From Podarcis tiliguerta (taxonomy: Eukaryota): a stretch of DNA of 64,000 nt. The translations under genes were made by a program, and so were the position numbers. Numbering within the stretch: position 1 is the stretch's first letter; every line of letters begins with the position of its first letter. Positions 23,437 to 36,500 of this stretch are shown here, piece by piece. The notes beneath the pieces were generated by a model. It worked only from the letters and a program-made list of their open reading frames with translations, was not told where the DNA came from and did no database searches. The DNA lies in NCBI GenBank assembly GCA_965153285.1, contig OZ229111.1; one strand, written 5' to 3'.

Positions 23437-23621
23437 CAGCGGTTCCCAATTGGTGGTCCGCTGACACCAGGGGGGCTGTGCAACCCACTCAGGGGGTCTC
23501 TAGCACCATTCACATAACAAAAAGTGCCATAGAGATATCAAAATTTGCAAAAGTAGGGGATCCATGGCTTGGCTTTTGAAAAACAAGGGGTCTGCAGTAC
23601 TTAGCTAATTGGGAACCACTG
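23437..23621. mobile_element. hAT-type MITE, 185 bp
   Basis: TIR cagcggttcccaatt / aattgggaaccactg. TSD ccttagtc/ttttagtc. Confidence 0.8.
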
Positions 23622-23707
23622 TTTTAGTCATCATACCATCTCTTAGTACTCTGTTAATTTCCTTGTAGCTCCATTTTTTATTTGTATTGTTGTAAGAAAT
23701 GATACAT

Positions 23708-24062
23708 GGGATGTGGGTGGCGCTGTGGGTTAAACCACAGAGCCTAGGGCTTGCCGATCAGAAGGTCGGCGGTTTGAATCCCCGCGACGGGGTGAGCTCC
23801 CATTTCTCGGTCCCTGCTCCTGCCGACCTAGCAGTTCGAAAGTACGCCAAAGTGCAAGTAGATAAATAGGTACCACTCTGGCAGAAAGGTAAACGGCGTT
23901 TCCGTGTACTGCTCTGGTTCGCCAGAAGCGGCTTAGTCATGCTGGCCACATGACCTGGAAGCTGTACGCCGGCTCCCTTGGCCAATAAAGTGAGATGAGC
24001 GCCGCAACCCCAGAGTCGGTCACGACTGGACCTTATGGTCAGGGGTCCCTTTACCTTTACCT
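23708..24062 (+). mobile_element. Full-length Sauria SINE
   Basis: gggatgtgggtggcgctgtgggttaaaccacagagcctaggg head and (ACCTTT)n tail. Degenerate TSD taagaaatgata/taagaaaagata. Second full copy at 62813. Confidence 0.92.
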
Positions 24063-24461
24063 AAGAAAAGATATCGGCTAATAACCAGCCATGAAATCTG
24101 ATTATTTTCTATCATGCAACTGTAGAAGACAGAGGTGCCCTACCAGAAAAAAAAGTAACAATGCTGTTCCTAACAGTTGATAATTTATTTGGTTGAGACG
24201 TTGGGCGACCTGCAAATAGATCTCCTGTGGCTCCCCCCCCCCAAAAAATAAACACCCCTGAAACCACCTGTGGGAAGCCTCATAGCCTATCAGGGTCCCC
24301 GCTTTCCCCAGTTCCATTTTCCTGATCAGAATCCCCTGTCCCACTTGCCCAAAACTGTTCTTTCACCTGTGGTGAAAAGTCACCTTTTAGAAAGATAAAT
24401 GTGTATTCTGTGTCTATAATCTGTGCTCCTCTGGGAGGACAGGTAGGATATAAATCAAATA

Positions 24462-24687
24462 CAGTGGTACCTCGGGTTAAGTACTTAATTCGTTCCGGAG
24501 GTCTGTTCTTAACCTGAAACTGTTCTTAACCTGAAGCACCACTTTAGCTAATGAGGCCTCCTGTTGCCGCCGCCCCGCCAGAGCACAATTTCTGTTCTTA
24601 TCCTGAAGCAAAGTTCTTAACCTGAAGCACTATTTCTGGCTTAGTGGAGTGTGTAACCTGAAGCGTATGTAACCCGAGGTACCACTG
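24462..24687 (-). mobile_element. Tigger-like MITE subfamily A, 226 bp
   Basis: TA|cagtggtacctcgggtta ... taacccgaggtaccactg|TA. Confidence 0.92.
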
Positions 24688-27207
24688 TAAATAAATATTC
24701 TACAGTTCTTTGGTCTTCGGGGGGGGGGGGACTAATGAACAGCTGATGTATTGCAACTTCTCAGGTGTGTAACCGTATCATATCCAAACAGTAACAAAAA
24801 CCACATGAGGAGAATAGCTTGATGACAGGTCATCATTCGGCCATATTCAGCTGTCAAATAGCAGCCACTGGTGGTTGTATATTATGCCCAAAGTTGACCT
24901 AAAGGTGCCAAAATAATCTGGCCTTCTGTAAACTACCAGCCAGCCTTTTCTCCTTCCTTGTCTGCTTCATTCCACTGTTTATGCATTTGTCAGGAAAGCT
25001 GGCCTCATTGTGCCAGGAAGCTTTGTCATCAATTCATGCTTAATAATCACCTGCTCAGAAGAATAAATCAGTGTTCTTTTGATGTTCACCCAAGTCACTG
25101 ACTTTTCCTAACAAAAGCAATGTCTTCCCCCTCCGGCTTTTCTTACTGCTTGGAGCAAGTACAAAAACTGTTATGTCTGCATTTAAACCTTGAAGGATCT
25201 ATGAACCGCATCACTGGACTTGATAGCAGCCTTTATTACTTGCTGTTGTCCAAGATGTCATCTGATCTTGCTGCACAAAAGATGTACCAAAGGTGTACAG
25301 TGGTAGGGAGGCTTCAAAACTCATGGGCTGAGCACCAGAGGTGTACACCAATGTTCTCTTTAAATTATCCTCCTTATTTTTGGCCAGAGAAATTAGGAAA
25401 GGGGAACCAAAGGGGAAGGGGAAATTCTTGAACGTTCTTCTCAGGGTTGGGGTTCACCATTAGCAATGGCAGTAGCACAGCTCCTTTTGTTCCTGAAGGT
25501 TTGGCAGGACAGGTGTTGCAGCTGCAACAGCAACAAATCTGTTGACAACTGTTGGCCACCATATTGTATCCCTCATTATGTTTGGGAGCTGGTGTTATTC
25601 CAAGGCACCGTAGGAGAGAAATGGTGGTTGGCATGCACATAAAATTGTTGAAAAATAATTGGGGGAAATCTGCAAAGTGATCTTATTCCAGGTATGTGAT
25701 AAAAAGAAAAATCTCAGAGGCGTTGTGGGGGGAGATGGCCCTTTGATAGATTTTGGCTTGGCTCTACATAAGACATGCTTTACATATAAAACAATGTGCC
25801 CATACTATCTAGCATGCTAAATATTCCCAGGCAGTAGAGTTGGAATGGCCTCAATACAAGACCCGAAGTAACAGAGGTCAGTAAAGCTGATAGCACCAAG
25901 GTTAAAAGGATTCAATTCGGTATAAAACAGTTCAGTATAAAGCAGCTCTAGGATAGTAAACATGTGTCCCTGATTTTGTGATCACATCATTCAGGCTCAA
26001 AAGTTGTCATTGGACTCATTTCATAATTAAAAAGAAGGTGAGAAGCCTACCAAGTTAAGCTTAAGAAACTTAAGAAGGTGTAGAGTTGATTCCAGGGTGA
26101 TTAAAGCCCTGACAATAGATGAGAAAAGGAGGGTCGGAGTTTGTCTGCACAAACGGCTTTTACTGCTCCCCCTGCAGTCTTGCTCTTGCATTAACTTTCA
26201 CAAAATCTGGAGTTCTTTTAGCAACTTGCAGTAAATTTGAAAAGCCGTTGTCATCAGAAGGATATCACTTCTTTTTAAGGTGCCTTCTCTCCTCTTTCAT
26301 TTTGTGTGTTTATAGCCAGCAACATCTGCATTATAACAGACAGGCTTTTTATTTTTTGGAATAAAAACAAACTGGAGCAAACACAAACATCTGAACACAG
26401 ATTTCCCCTTCCCCAGCAAGGAGAGCAAGGGAGATCACAGTTTTGTTTATGGGGTGATGGTGATTCAATTGGCAGGCCCTGAGGGTTGATGGACTTGTTA
26501 TTCTCTGCCAAAATTCTGATGAGATCACAAAGGAAATTTAATTTAGTAGAGTTCTACCTATGATTCCAGCAAGGCTGTCTCCAAGTCACAAAAAGTACTG
26601 TGCAAACTGACAGCCCGAAGTGAGAAAGGATAAGAAATTCAAAGAGATCTGTAAATGTGGAATAAGAGACACATTAGTTGAGCTATGTATAAGGCTGATA
26701 ACAGAAAACAACATTTTTTAGGAAAAAGTTGTTTAGGAGGGAGACTTTACTTCCCATGCTGTGTACACCCATTTCTTCCCATTGTGTACAACCCATATAC
26801 AGGCTAAATGCTGAAAATGCAGTTGAACAGATGCAAAAGTGGGGTGATAAATATTTTCATGAGCAGCAAATCCTTCTTCAAACCAACTCTTTCAGCTCTC
26901 TAAAAATTACCATGTGTCTCCTGTCTTAAGATGTCGCTGATAGAGCTTGCATTGTGATTAGTGAAAATAAATATAACACTCAAAACTGCTCATCTGGTTG
27001 TAGTTTATAGATTACTGCAGCACTCAGATTGCTCCTCTGTTGGTTGCAGATAATTGATTACAGCTGCCTCTGAGGACTGCATAGAAACTTGGTGCGGAAT
27101 GCAGCAGCAGCGGCAGCCCCTTTCTTAAGTGCATGGGAATCACTGGGATAGCTTTAGACCAGCAAAGTTATATGAATGTGCTGGGCACACACCAAATGTG
27201 GTTTAAT

Positions 27208-27356
27208 TGAGGGGTAGCCAGCATGGTGCTGTCCAGATGTTGGACTACAACTCCCATCATCTTTGAGATCCTTTGACCATTGGTCAAGCTTCCTGGGGCT
27301 GATGGGAGTTGGAGTACCACAACATATTGAGAGCACTCTGGCATTAAACCATCCTT
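27208..27356. mobile_element. Palindromic squamate MITE (ggactacaactcccatca / gatgggagttggagt arms)
   Basis: Internal inverted repeat visible. Related to 9705-9797. Confidence 0.65.
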
Positions 27357-28210
27357 TGAATTGTGCCCAACACACTGATCCCTGGTTTAATGTATGAAGC
27401 CCTAGACAACCTTAGTTATGCATAGATTCAAACCTTCCTCTTTCCCTCTTATCTCATCATGATCTCATTATACTCTGCCATGAGCATCATCTTGGTAGGA
27501 CCAGCTTGAAGCTGGTAGGTGCCAGCTTCAAAGAAGAAAAAGGAGAGAGAAACTATTTTCAGTGACTGGTTTCCCATCTCTAAAAGTAAAATATTTTTTC
27601 ATTTCTATGGACACAGGTGCAACAAAGCCCAAGCTGAGTGGAAGCAATGCAACAACACCTCTCAAGCATTTTGCCAGCCAATTAGCACTCTGAAAGAGCA
27701 GCTTTTGATTAAAATCTGCATCTGCTGCCCACTTCCCTGGCAACCTTCAACTTTTTCATTTCAAACTCAGCCCCCTGGAATAAGATTTGTGTGGAACAGG
27801 AAGTACTAGATCTAATCAGAACTCTTAACAAACCCTCAGATACTTTGTATATGAATAAGAACAAATTGTTGCTAAATCTTAACAGCTAGATAGCTCATAT
27901 CTGATGTTTTGCAAGCAGATGTTGTAGGAGACGCTTCTTTTTAAAAAAATTCACAAAAGAATAACGGTTCTGCTGTTCTACCGTAAAGCATAGCAGGACA
28001 ATGGATTTAGAATGTTTCTAGTGTTGCCATACATTTGAGAATATGGTCTCCAGATCAAATTGCAGGGACAGAAGGTGGGGTCTCTGAGGTTCAGGGGATG
28101 AATCCAAACTATAAATCCTAAAACCTATATTGGTTTATTCAGTTTAATTCCCATGACATTCCTAAAATAAATTTGTAAGTTGTAGTTTGGTGAAGGCAAA
28201 CTTCAGAGAT

Positions 28211-28317
28211 CATGGGAATAGCCAAGGGGGGCAGCCTCTCCCCAATCAATAAAAACCAATAAAAATACATGGCTGAGGTTCTGTCCCCTTCTAACAAAAA
28301 TCCTGGCTACGCCCATG
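28211..28317. mobile_element. Small hAT-type MITE, 107 bp
   Basis: TIR catgggaatagcca / tggctacgcccatg. TSD tcagagat/ttggagat. Confidence 0.7.
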
Positions 28318-28890
28318 TTGGAGATATGAAATTTAAAATTCTGGAAGTTCTTTCCACTTGTACCAACTCCAGTTCTTTTTCCTTGTGTCAGTCTGTCTTT
28401 TCAGCCCCTCCCACCCTTGGATATTTAGAAAGAAGGGAGGGGGGAAGCTTAGGAACTTTCTTCAGAGCTGTCGGGATTTGCTTGGGAAAAGAATGAGATC
28501 TGAGCTGTGCTTTGAAGAAAGCACCAAAGTGTTTAGACAAACTCTGGGTGACCATGAACTTGCTTCCTCTTGAAGCCCAGTGCATCATAAAGTGGAGCCT
28601 GTGGGAAATTACCTCACAGGCTGCTTGAGCCTTCTTCCCTCTCTCCAGTGGTTCACCCCACTGACAAGGTCAACTCCTAAGTCCCTAGATCAAGTAGGAA
28701 ATGCATTGGTGGGTGAAGTGATGATGTCTGATGGAATACAATTTTGGCTTCCTTATCTAAGCTGTTAGTATACAGTGAAGCTACATTGACAGTATAATCC
28801 AATATTTATTTATACCACTTATCATTTAAAAAAGAAATCCCAAAGCAATGGACAATGTAAAATCATAGAAGTATCTTAAAAATACAAGAA

Positions 28891-29035
28891 GCCAGAAGCA
28901 GCTTAGTTATGCTGGCCACATGACCCGGAAGCTGTACGCCGGCTCCCTTGGCCAATAAAGTGAGATGAGCGCCGCAACCCCAGAGTCGGTCACGACTGGA
29001 CCTAATGGTCAGGGGTCCCTTTATCTTTACCTTTA
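28891..29035 (+). mobile_element. 5'-truncated Sauria SINE
   Basis: Near-identical to 23921-24062 and ends in the (ACCTTT)-like tail. Confidence 0.9.
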
Positions 29036-29139
29036 CATGAGTTCAGTGGGAGTGGAGAAAGCGCTATTGCTCTTAAGTCCTACTTGTGGATATGGTTGGC
29101 CAGTTGGGAGACAGGATCTTGGGCTAGATTTTGAATGAG

Positions 29140-29279
29140 NNNNNNNNNNNNNNNNNNNNNNNNNNNNNNNNNNNNNNNNNNNNNNNNNNNNNNNNNNNNN
29201 NNNNNNNNNNNNNNNNNNNNNNNNNNNNNNNNNNNNNNNNNNNNNNNNNNNNNNNNNNNNNNNNNNNNNNNNNNNNNNN
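29140..29279. other. Assembly gap (140 N)
   Basis: Run of N. Confidence 1.
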
Positions 29280-30581
29280 TGTTTGCATGTGAAGTATGAA
29301 AGCCACATACCTGTAGAATTAAGAATATGCCTTCTTAAAAATATATTCAGAAGGAGCTTCTAGGGAAGGATCAGACTGCCACCTCCACTTTTTTTAAGAG
29401 AGAGAGAGAGATGTGCACCTAATCTGAAAATGTGTGTACCCTTTATACTTGACTCCAGTTAAATGTAATGAGTCAAAGCAGCCAAGTTTGAAATGGTCCC
29501 TGAATTGGGCCTCAAAGATAGCAGCCTGCAGATTGTATCAGCAGGCTTTTGCCAGCCAGAACTGCTGCTGTATTTTAAAGATCTGAAATGAAGAGGTCAC
29601 CCTGATATAAAATGCATTAGTGTGACCATTAATAGTACTAGAGGTCAATCAGACCCAATCAGCCGTTTTCCCTCCAGTTCTGCAAACCTCCCATGTCTAC
29701 TTCAAATTCAATTTTGTGTGTGGATGGTGCCTTTTTTTGGCTAGATAAAGAATGCACCCTTGGATAATGTGTCTACTGTTAGTATAGGACAGTTACAGTT
29801 TTGTTGTTATCATACAAGCTGGGATGCTGCTGATTTGGAGACTTCCATGCACCACCAACTGATCTAAACAAGTTGGATTTTATGAAGTGTAAAGGTCTGG
29901 AAACTGAATGGCAGATTGATGATTAACAGCTTGTTCACACACCTCCCTTATGCATCCTGACCCTGTGCGTGTTTACCCAAAAGCAATTCCCAGTGTATTG
30001 GGGTGGGGTGGGGGGAGCTTATTCCAAGATAAGTGTGCATAGCATTGTATCTAAAGTCATTCACTTGCAATACTAGTATGAGGAAGGCCTTCACCACATT
30101 TGTCAGCTTTTAGAAAAGTGAATTTTGTTTGCTTTACTGAAACAGTCTTTATCAATAAGATAAGAAGGATGTGAGAATAGTTGTCTAATTACAAAGTCGA
30201 AAAGTGTGTGTGACAATGAATAGATGGAGACACAGACCACACTTTGTACTTTGTGGACAAAATACCCACAAAACACATAGCGCTAGAGAGAGAGAGAGAT
30301 GTCACCACAGTGCACTTCTCTCTTCTGCTCTTTGACTCTGTTAACTACAGTTATATAAATCAAGGGGCAGAGCCTGGAACTAAATAAGCCCCAGGTGGTC
30401 TTCTGCATGGCCCATTCTAGCAGCCTATTTGTCACAGCCCAGCTCAGCTGAACGATTTGTACATTTTGAGTGTTCCCGCTGCTCAGCTTCATGACAGCTC
30501 TGCTGGTGAAGATGAGAGTTGTGTGGGTATCCACTCCAGGCAGAGAGGGTGCCTCTTCCAGGGTGTCCTGGCATGAACTAG

Positions 30582-30993
30582 GAATCATAGAATCATAGAG
30601 TTGGAAGAGACCACAAGGGTCATCGAGTCCAACCCCCTGCCAAGCAGGAAACACCATCAGAGCACTCCTGGCATATGGTTGTCAAGCCTCTGCTTAAAGA
30701 CCTCCAAAGAAGGAGACTCCACCACACTCCTTGGCAGCAAATTCCACTGTCGAACAGCTCTTACTGTCAGGAAGTTCTTCCTAATGTTTAGGTGGAATCT
30801 TCTTTCTTGTAGTTTGGATCCATTGCTCCGTGTCCGCTTCTCTGGAGCAGCAGAAAACAACCTTTCTCCCTCCTCTATGTGACATCCTATTATATATTTG
30901 AACATGGCTATCATATCACCCCTTAACCTCCTCTTCTCCAGGCTAAACATGCCCAACTCCCTTAGCCGTTCCTCATAAGGCATCATTTCCAGG
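30582..30993 (-). mobile_element. 5'-truncated, well-preserved CR1 LINE
   Basis: Uninterrupted ORF 30657-30986 MPYEERLRELGMFSLEKRRLRGDMIAMFKYI...RFHLNIRKNFLTVRAVRQWNLLPRSVVESPSLEVFKQRLD is the CR1 ORF2 C-terminus. (ATTCTATG)n tail. Confidence 0.95.
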
Positions 30994-32264
30994 AGTTTGC
31001 GTAATTATACCAACCTGGTGAAGGCCAGCAAGAGGAAAGACACAATGTGCAGGAAGGCTCCAGAAGTCACCCTCCAAGTGGTGTGTGCAGAGGAGTGATG
31101 GGGCAGAACTTTCCCTCCTTGTGTGTTTAACACACACAACAAAACAAATGTCTGAAAAGGGCCAAGACAGGTATAGTCAGAGCAAGCAGGACTGCTCCAC
31201 AAAGTGTGAAAGGGTTCTAAATCTGCCACACTGAAGAGAGACGCTGCATCATCCAGGCAGATTCACGGCCATGAGACTGGGAGCAAGATTTGCACTCTGA
31301 TAGGTGGAGCATCATTCAGACTCTGTATGTGATGTGAAGTAGGGTTTATTTTGAGCAGCATGGTGTATGGCACTGTAGTTCTCAGCTCAGGTGCTTTGCT
31401 CTCTGTGCCATGACGGCATCTTCCATAAGGAGGCCTTTTCTCTATTGTGCCTTAGCACCTCCAGGGCAGATGGCCAGAGGACAGAATTGCAGCTCTCTGC
31501 TCAGCAGGATCAGGTGATTCGGGGGGGCCAGTAGGGATCCACCTGGTCCTGTAAGGTTTCTGACCCTGGTCTGGCTCCTGAGTCTTAACAACTTGTTACT
31601 CCACTACAGACTGAGCTGCTGCTATCTGCCCAATGTCCCACATGCTTTCTGGCACTGATACCCTGTCTGTTTAGTACTCCTTTGTCTCCAGCCACTGTTC
31701 CTCCTGACACACAGCTCATCTCCTTGAGCCTTCTAGTATTTTAGTACCTTCAGGCATCTCTGGTATGGTGCAACCTGGACTTCCCAGTCATTACTTGGTA
31801 CACAACGATTGGACATAGGCTACATTGTTAATGTGGTTGGATCATGGTGTTGACTGCCTTGTATGTCTCTTCTGGCTTTGATTCTATGATCCTAAACAAA
31901 GCTGGCTGAGGCTTAATATCAGAAGATGAGTAGCTCCCTCCTCATGGTATATGCATTAATCTTCTCTTTGGACTGTTCAAGAGATAAATTTTGAGAAGGG
32001 AAGCTTGGAGGAAGGGCAGGGAAATTTAGGAGTTGGAGAGAGGATTTTGTTACACCAAAGAGGCCAGTCCCATATCCTGTCTCTGATAGATGTTACATCT
32101 TAGCGGAAACAACACCCTTATAATGATTCAGTTAATTGTGCAAAGTTCTATCACCATGAGAAGCTCCTGCACTGAGCTCAGCAGTCCAGTTTATCCTAAA
32201 AGATACTAAAAGATTCACAATAGCACTAGAGAAATAAGTATGGCTTACAGTGCATAGCAAGCTA

Positions 32265-32474
32265 CAGTGGTACCTCGGTTTACAAACTTAATCTGTTCCT
32301 GAAGTCCGTTCTTAAACTGAGGCGCGCTTTCCCTAATGAGGCCTCCATCCACCGTTCGGCTTCCACTCATAAACTGAGGTAAAGTTCGCAAACTGGAACA
32401 CCATTTCCGGTTTTGCGGAGTGTGTAAACCAAATAGTTCATAAACAGGACTGTTTGTAAACCGAGGTACCACTG
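32265..32474. mobile_element. Tigger-like MITE subfamily C, 210 bp
   Basis: TA|cagtggtacctcggtttacaaac ... gtttgtaaaccgaggtaccactg|TA, perfect 23-bp TIR. Confidence 0.92.
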
Positions 32475-32604
32475 TACTTGGAAACAAAGAGGAAAAGCTC
32501 TCCCTCTCCCCCCTTTTTTTTTGTGTGTGCAAGTTTCAGGTGTAATTACAATGAATCAAGACTCACACTGATGGGGACCAGGATCTCTGTGAGAAGCAGC
32601 CCCT

Positions 32605-32890
32605 CCTTTATTTTTATTTTTTATGTACCAAAATCTATATAGTGCTCAATCATTTTAAAACCTTTAAACATTTAACAATAGAATTTTAAAAAATAATCTA
32701 TGAGAATGGTTGAAAACAGTTAAATAACATGAAAAGCAACAGTGAAAAAGATTTAAGCAGGTCAACATCTACAGGTCTGAATAGGCTTGCCTAAGCAAAC
32801 ATATTTTAAGCAGGTATGGAAAAGAGTACAGCCAAGGTACTTGCTTGGTGCCAATAGGTAGGGAATTCCAAGGTGTAGCTGCTGCCATGC
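32605..32890 (-). mobile_element. L2-clade LINE 3' fragment
   Basis: ORF remnant SMAAATPWNSLP...LLKICLLRQAY resembles the L2 C-terminus, followed by an AT-rich tail. Confidence 0.6.
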
Positions 32891-33149
32891 TACAAGTTGG
32901 CTTTCTTGCAACTGCAGAATGAGTATTGTGTGTCACCTGTAGCAGTGCCAGTTCCACAAAGCTACCATTTTCTTTTCCAGAAACAATTCTGTGTTTTCAG
33001 GTGTTGCAATCATGTTGTGTTTTGGTTTGAAGGGAGCCTAGTTCCTTTCTACATGCGAACTGCGGACAGATAATAGGCAAAGCACACCATCCTGTTCTCA
33101 TTCATTTTTGCTTACACCTTTCTGAGGGGCACCCCTGTTACTCCACTTA

Positions 33150-33598
33150 GTTTATTTATTTATTTAATAAAAATAATTAATTAATTAATTAATCAAATGT
33201 TTATACCCCACTCATCTGGCTGGGTTTCCCCAGCCACTCTGGGTGACTCCCAAACACGATAAAACACCAGACATTAAAAGCTTCCCTAAACAGGGCTGCC
33301 TTCAGATTTTTTCTAAAAGTCAGGTACAGTGGTACCTCAGGTTAAGAACTTACTGTAATTCATTTTGGAGGTCCGTTCTTAACCTGAAACTGTTCTTAAC
33401 CTGAAGCACCACTTTAGCTAATGGGGCCTCCCGCTGCCGCCACACCACCGCTGCACAATTTCTGTTCTCATCCTGAAGCAAAGTTCTTAACCCGAGGTAC
33501 TATTTCTGGGTTAGCAGAGTCTGTAACCTGAAGTGTCTGTAACCTGAATCGTCTGTAACCCAAGGTACCACTGTAGTTGTTTATTTCCTCGACACCTG
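33150..33598 (-). mobile_element. L2-like LINE 3' end interrupted by a MITE
   Basis: (TTTA)n tail then tttatacccc...gggtttccccagccactctggg, the reverse complement of 43198-43310. Split at TA 33325-33326. Confidence 0.7.
33327..33573 (-). mobile_element. Tigger-like MITE subfamily A, nested in an L2-like tail
   Basis: TA|cagtggtacctcaggtta ... taacccaaggtaccactg|TA, with an extra tctgtaacctgaa unit. Confidence 0.9.
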
Positions 33599-36500
33599 TT
33601 TGATTGTAAAACAAAAACAAAACTCAAAGCGGTTTACAAAGAGATAAACCAATGGACTCAAGAAAAATTACAGCAGTAGCTTAAAACATACAAAAAGTTG
33701 ACCTACTTAAACAGGTTAAATTTCTCTTTATTTCATAAAATTCTAGAGAAATTACCAGGATTGACTGTGAATGAATTGCCCATAGGGGTGTCGTGGGATG
33801 CTCAACCATGCAAACATCCCTCTTCGAATCCTTCCAAGCAGGGAAGAGGCAGGCACAGCCTGCTGTGGACGGGTCCCAGTCTGATGCAGGGTCCAGAGCA
33901 GCATCCCATGCTTGCTTTCCATTGTGTTGGTTAACCTCTCCCACCCCCCTGCCTCCACCTTACAGGCACACATTTAAGAAGCATGAAAACATGTTTTTTA
34001 ATTGGTGCTTTTTATTGGGGGCATGAGGTAAGGATTTCAGGAAAGGGCTTTTCAGCTGAAGATTTACTAGGCATATAAAAAGACCAAGAGAGTGGCTGGA
34101 ATTGTATCCATTTTTAAAGCTCTGACATTTATTAGGAAGAAAGGGGAACGAGGCCCTCTCCATAACTGTTGTATTATTGCCTGGCATACCTTCTTTACCT
34201 TCTTCTTTTTTGTAAAGAAGGGGCCATCCCCAGGAATATCCCACCGTTCCTTTCTTAAGGTACAAAGCTGACATAATATATGGGGACCATTCGGAACTCC
34301 CCACTCCCTTATTCTGTACAACACAGTGAATACAAGGCAGCCCTACGGGGATGTGGGGTCATCAATATCATGTTGCATTGGGATTTGTACAATATAGGCT
34401 GTGCAGAGTGTGTTTGGCTATGCTGTTAAGACTGTGGTGTTGGTGGGGAGTAGTTTTTGTGTCAGCCGGGCCCTCTGCAGAAATATGAAGAAAGGGGAAG
34501 GGGAAACTGCCAGGAAAAAGTTTTGCAGTATATAAGCAAAACATAGGCTCATAATATATTTAACTTATTTCATTTTAAAATCTTAAGGTGTCTGGTGGTG
34601 TTATGCAAGCCTGTACTCTGCTAACTGGCATGGTTTCGCCGCAGGCTAGAGCTTCTCTCTGGTCAAAATGGGAAATACTGTTTGGAGTTGCATTGCATTT
34701 GCTTTGAAGCTGGGAATGTTGTGAAATCAGGAATACATCCGCTATGCCCTGTGGTGCTGCGGTGCTCTGGGATAAGGTTCAGCACTCTACAAGAAAGTCT
34801 TTCCCTGAAAATAAGAGCCATCTGGTTGCTCTGCTGCAAGCTCTAGGCCTCGCTTTGCAGGCCTTGCTGCAGAAGCAGGATGTTGCCCTTGGCTAAAACC
34901 AAAGTGCACCAGAAAGAAAAGCTACATCCTTCCTGCACAACTGAAAAACCTTCGGAGCAGAGCACCCCTGACCTCAGCGAACCTGCGAGTGCTTCTCCTC
35001 CACCCTCTGGCCGCAGCTCAGCTCAGATCTCAAAAGCCAAGCCGCTTGGTGAATGGGGAAGGAAAAGAACACCGTTCCCAGCCATTAAGTTGATAGTACT
35101 TAACATTTATGTAGTGCATTTTAATATACAGTAATTACCTCCACATTGCAGCTGAAGAAGAGAGAATGGTAGCTCACATATGTAAAGGCAGCTGTGGAGT
35201 TTGTGGTTGAGGTGATATTTGAACCAAGGGACTTCCTTTCTCATAGCTGACGCTAGTAGCCAGTAACCTCTATTACTAGCTCTCAAGTTCTAAGGGGGAA
35301 AGCAACTGCCAAGAGCTATCTGCTGGCAAGACAGAATTTGCTACATGTAAACTATCTTGGAAAGCTATACACCGTTTAAAACAAAAACCTTTTCTTTAAA
35401 TCTTGTCTTGACACATATCCCCAAGCCTAAGAACAGAAGTTTTTGGATTTAAGACAGTATGGTTCCCATTGACTCCCAATGGATGTAATAAGACTCTCCC
35501 AGCACACAAGGCAACACACAAACCCCAAACAGTGGGATGGGGAATGTTGGGGCCACTTGCAGTATTGTTGCCCAGGGGACAGAGGGCATGTTCGCATTAC
35601 CGCTTTAAAATGCAGCATTCATTCCATCTGCTTTGTTTCTAGCTGCATTTGCACAATGTTGTATTGATTGACTGATTGACTGATTGATTGATCGAATTTA
35701 TATACCTGGAGGTCTCACCTCAGAGAGGGAGCATGGAAGTCTTCACATGACCATTTTGGTTTCCTTGCTCCACACCCCTGAACTCCAATTTCTTGATTTC
35801 ATATGCCACTGGGTTGTAGGAAAAATCTCAAAACGGTTTACAAACTCCTACTTGTGAAATTGTTGTCTGTGCATGTGTGCTCATCTGCACATGTGCGCCG
35901 GCTGTCTCAAATGTACACACCCTTCTGATGCTTAAATGTTATAGCTGGATTGAAGCTGGTTTGAGGGAGTGGGGAAGCATAAAAAAGCAGTATTTTAATG
36001 AAACTACTGAGTTAATATAGATTGTGGCTAACATTATGTGACTGTGGCTTCAATAACTAGCCGTGGGAGCTCCTGGTTGTGGAGTAAATGGTAATGTGAA
36101 CATATCCAAAGAATACTTTTGCCCTGGATTTGGAGGATGATCTAGAGCCTGTAAATGGCAATTTGCAAACCTAGTGAGTGCATAGCTGCACTAGGTTTAG
36201 TCTCCATGGACTTAAGCCAATGAAGTTTAAATGTGCCAAGTTTGTAAATTTGTGGATTATATTATTCAGGCAGTGAGATTATCTCGTTTTTATTGGATCT
36301 TCTCTTGCTAAATTAGAAATAGTTGGGGTTTTTTAAAAAATCACAGAATTTAGTATATTGAAAAACTTAGCAAGGCTTGAAGTCCTTCCAGTGTATCACC
36401 ATGGAATACTGTGGCAGGTTTCTCCTTATATTGTTTGCATTTTGATTGTCAATGCTAACATTAGAACTCATCATGTCAAAGGTGTTCCCTCCCTAGCTTC

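Noticed and set aside
29033-29308. ORFs spanning X runs
   Set aside because: Artefacts of the N gap.
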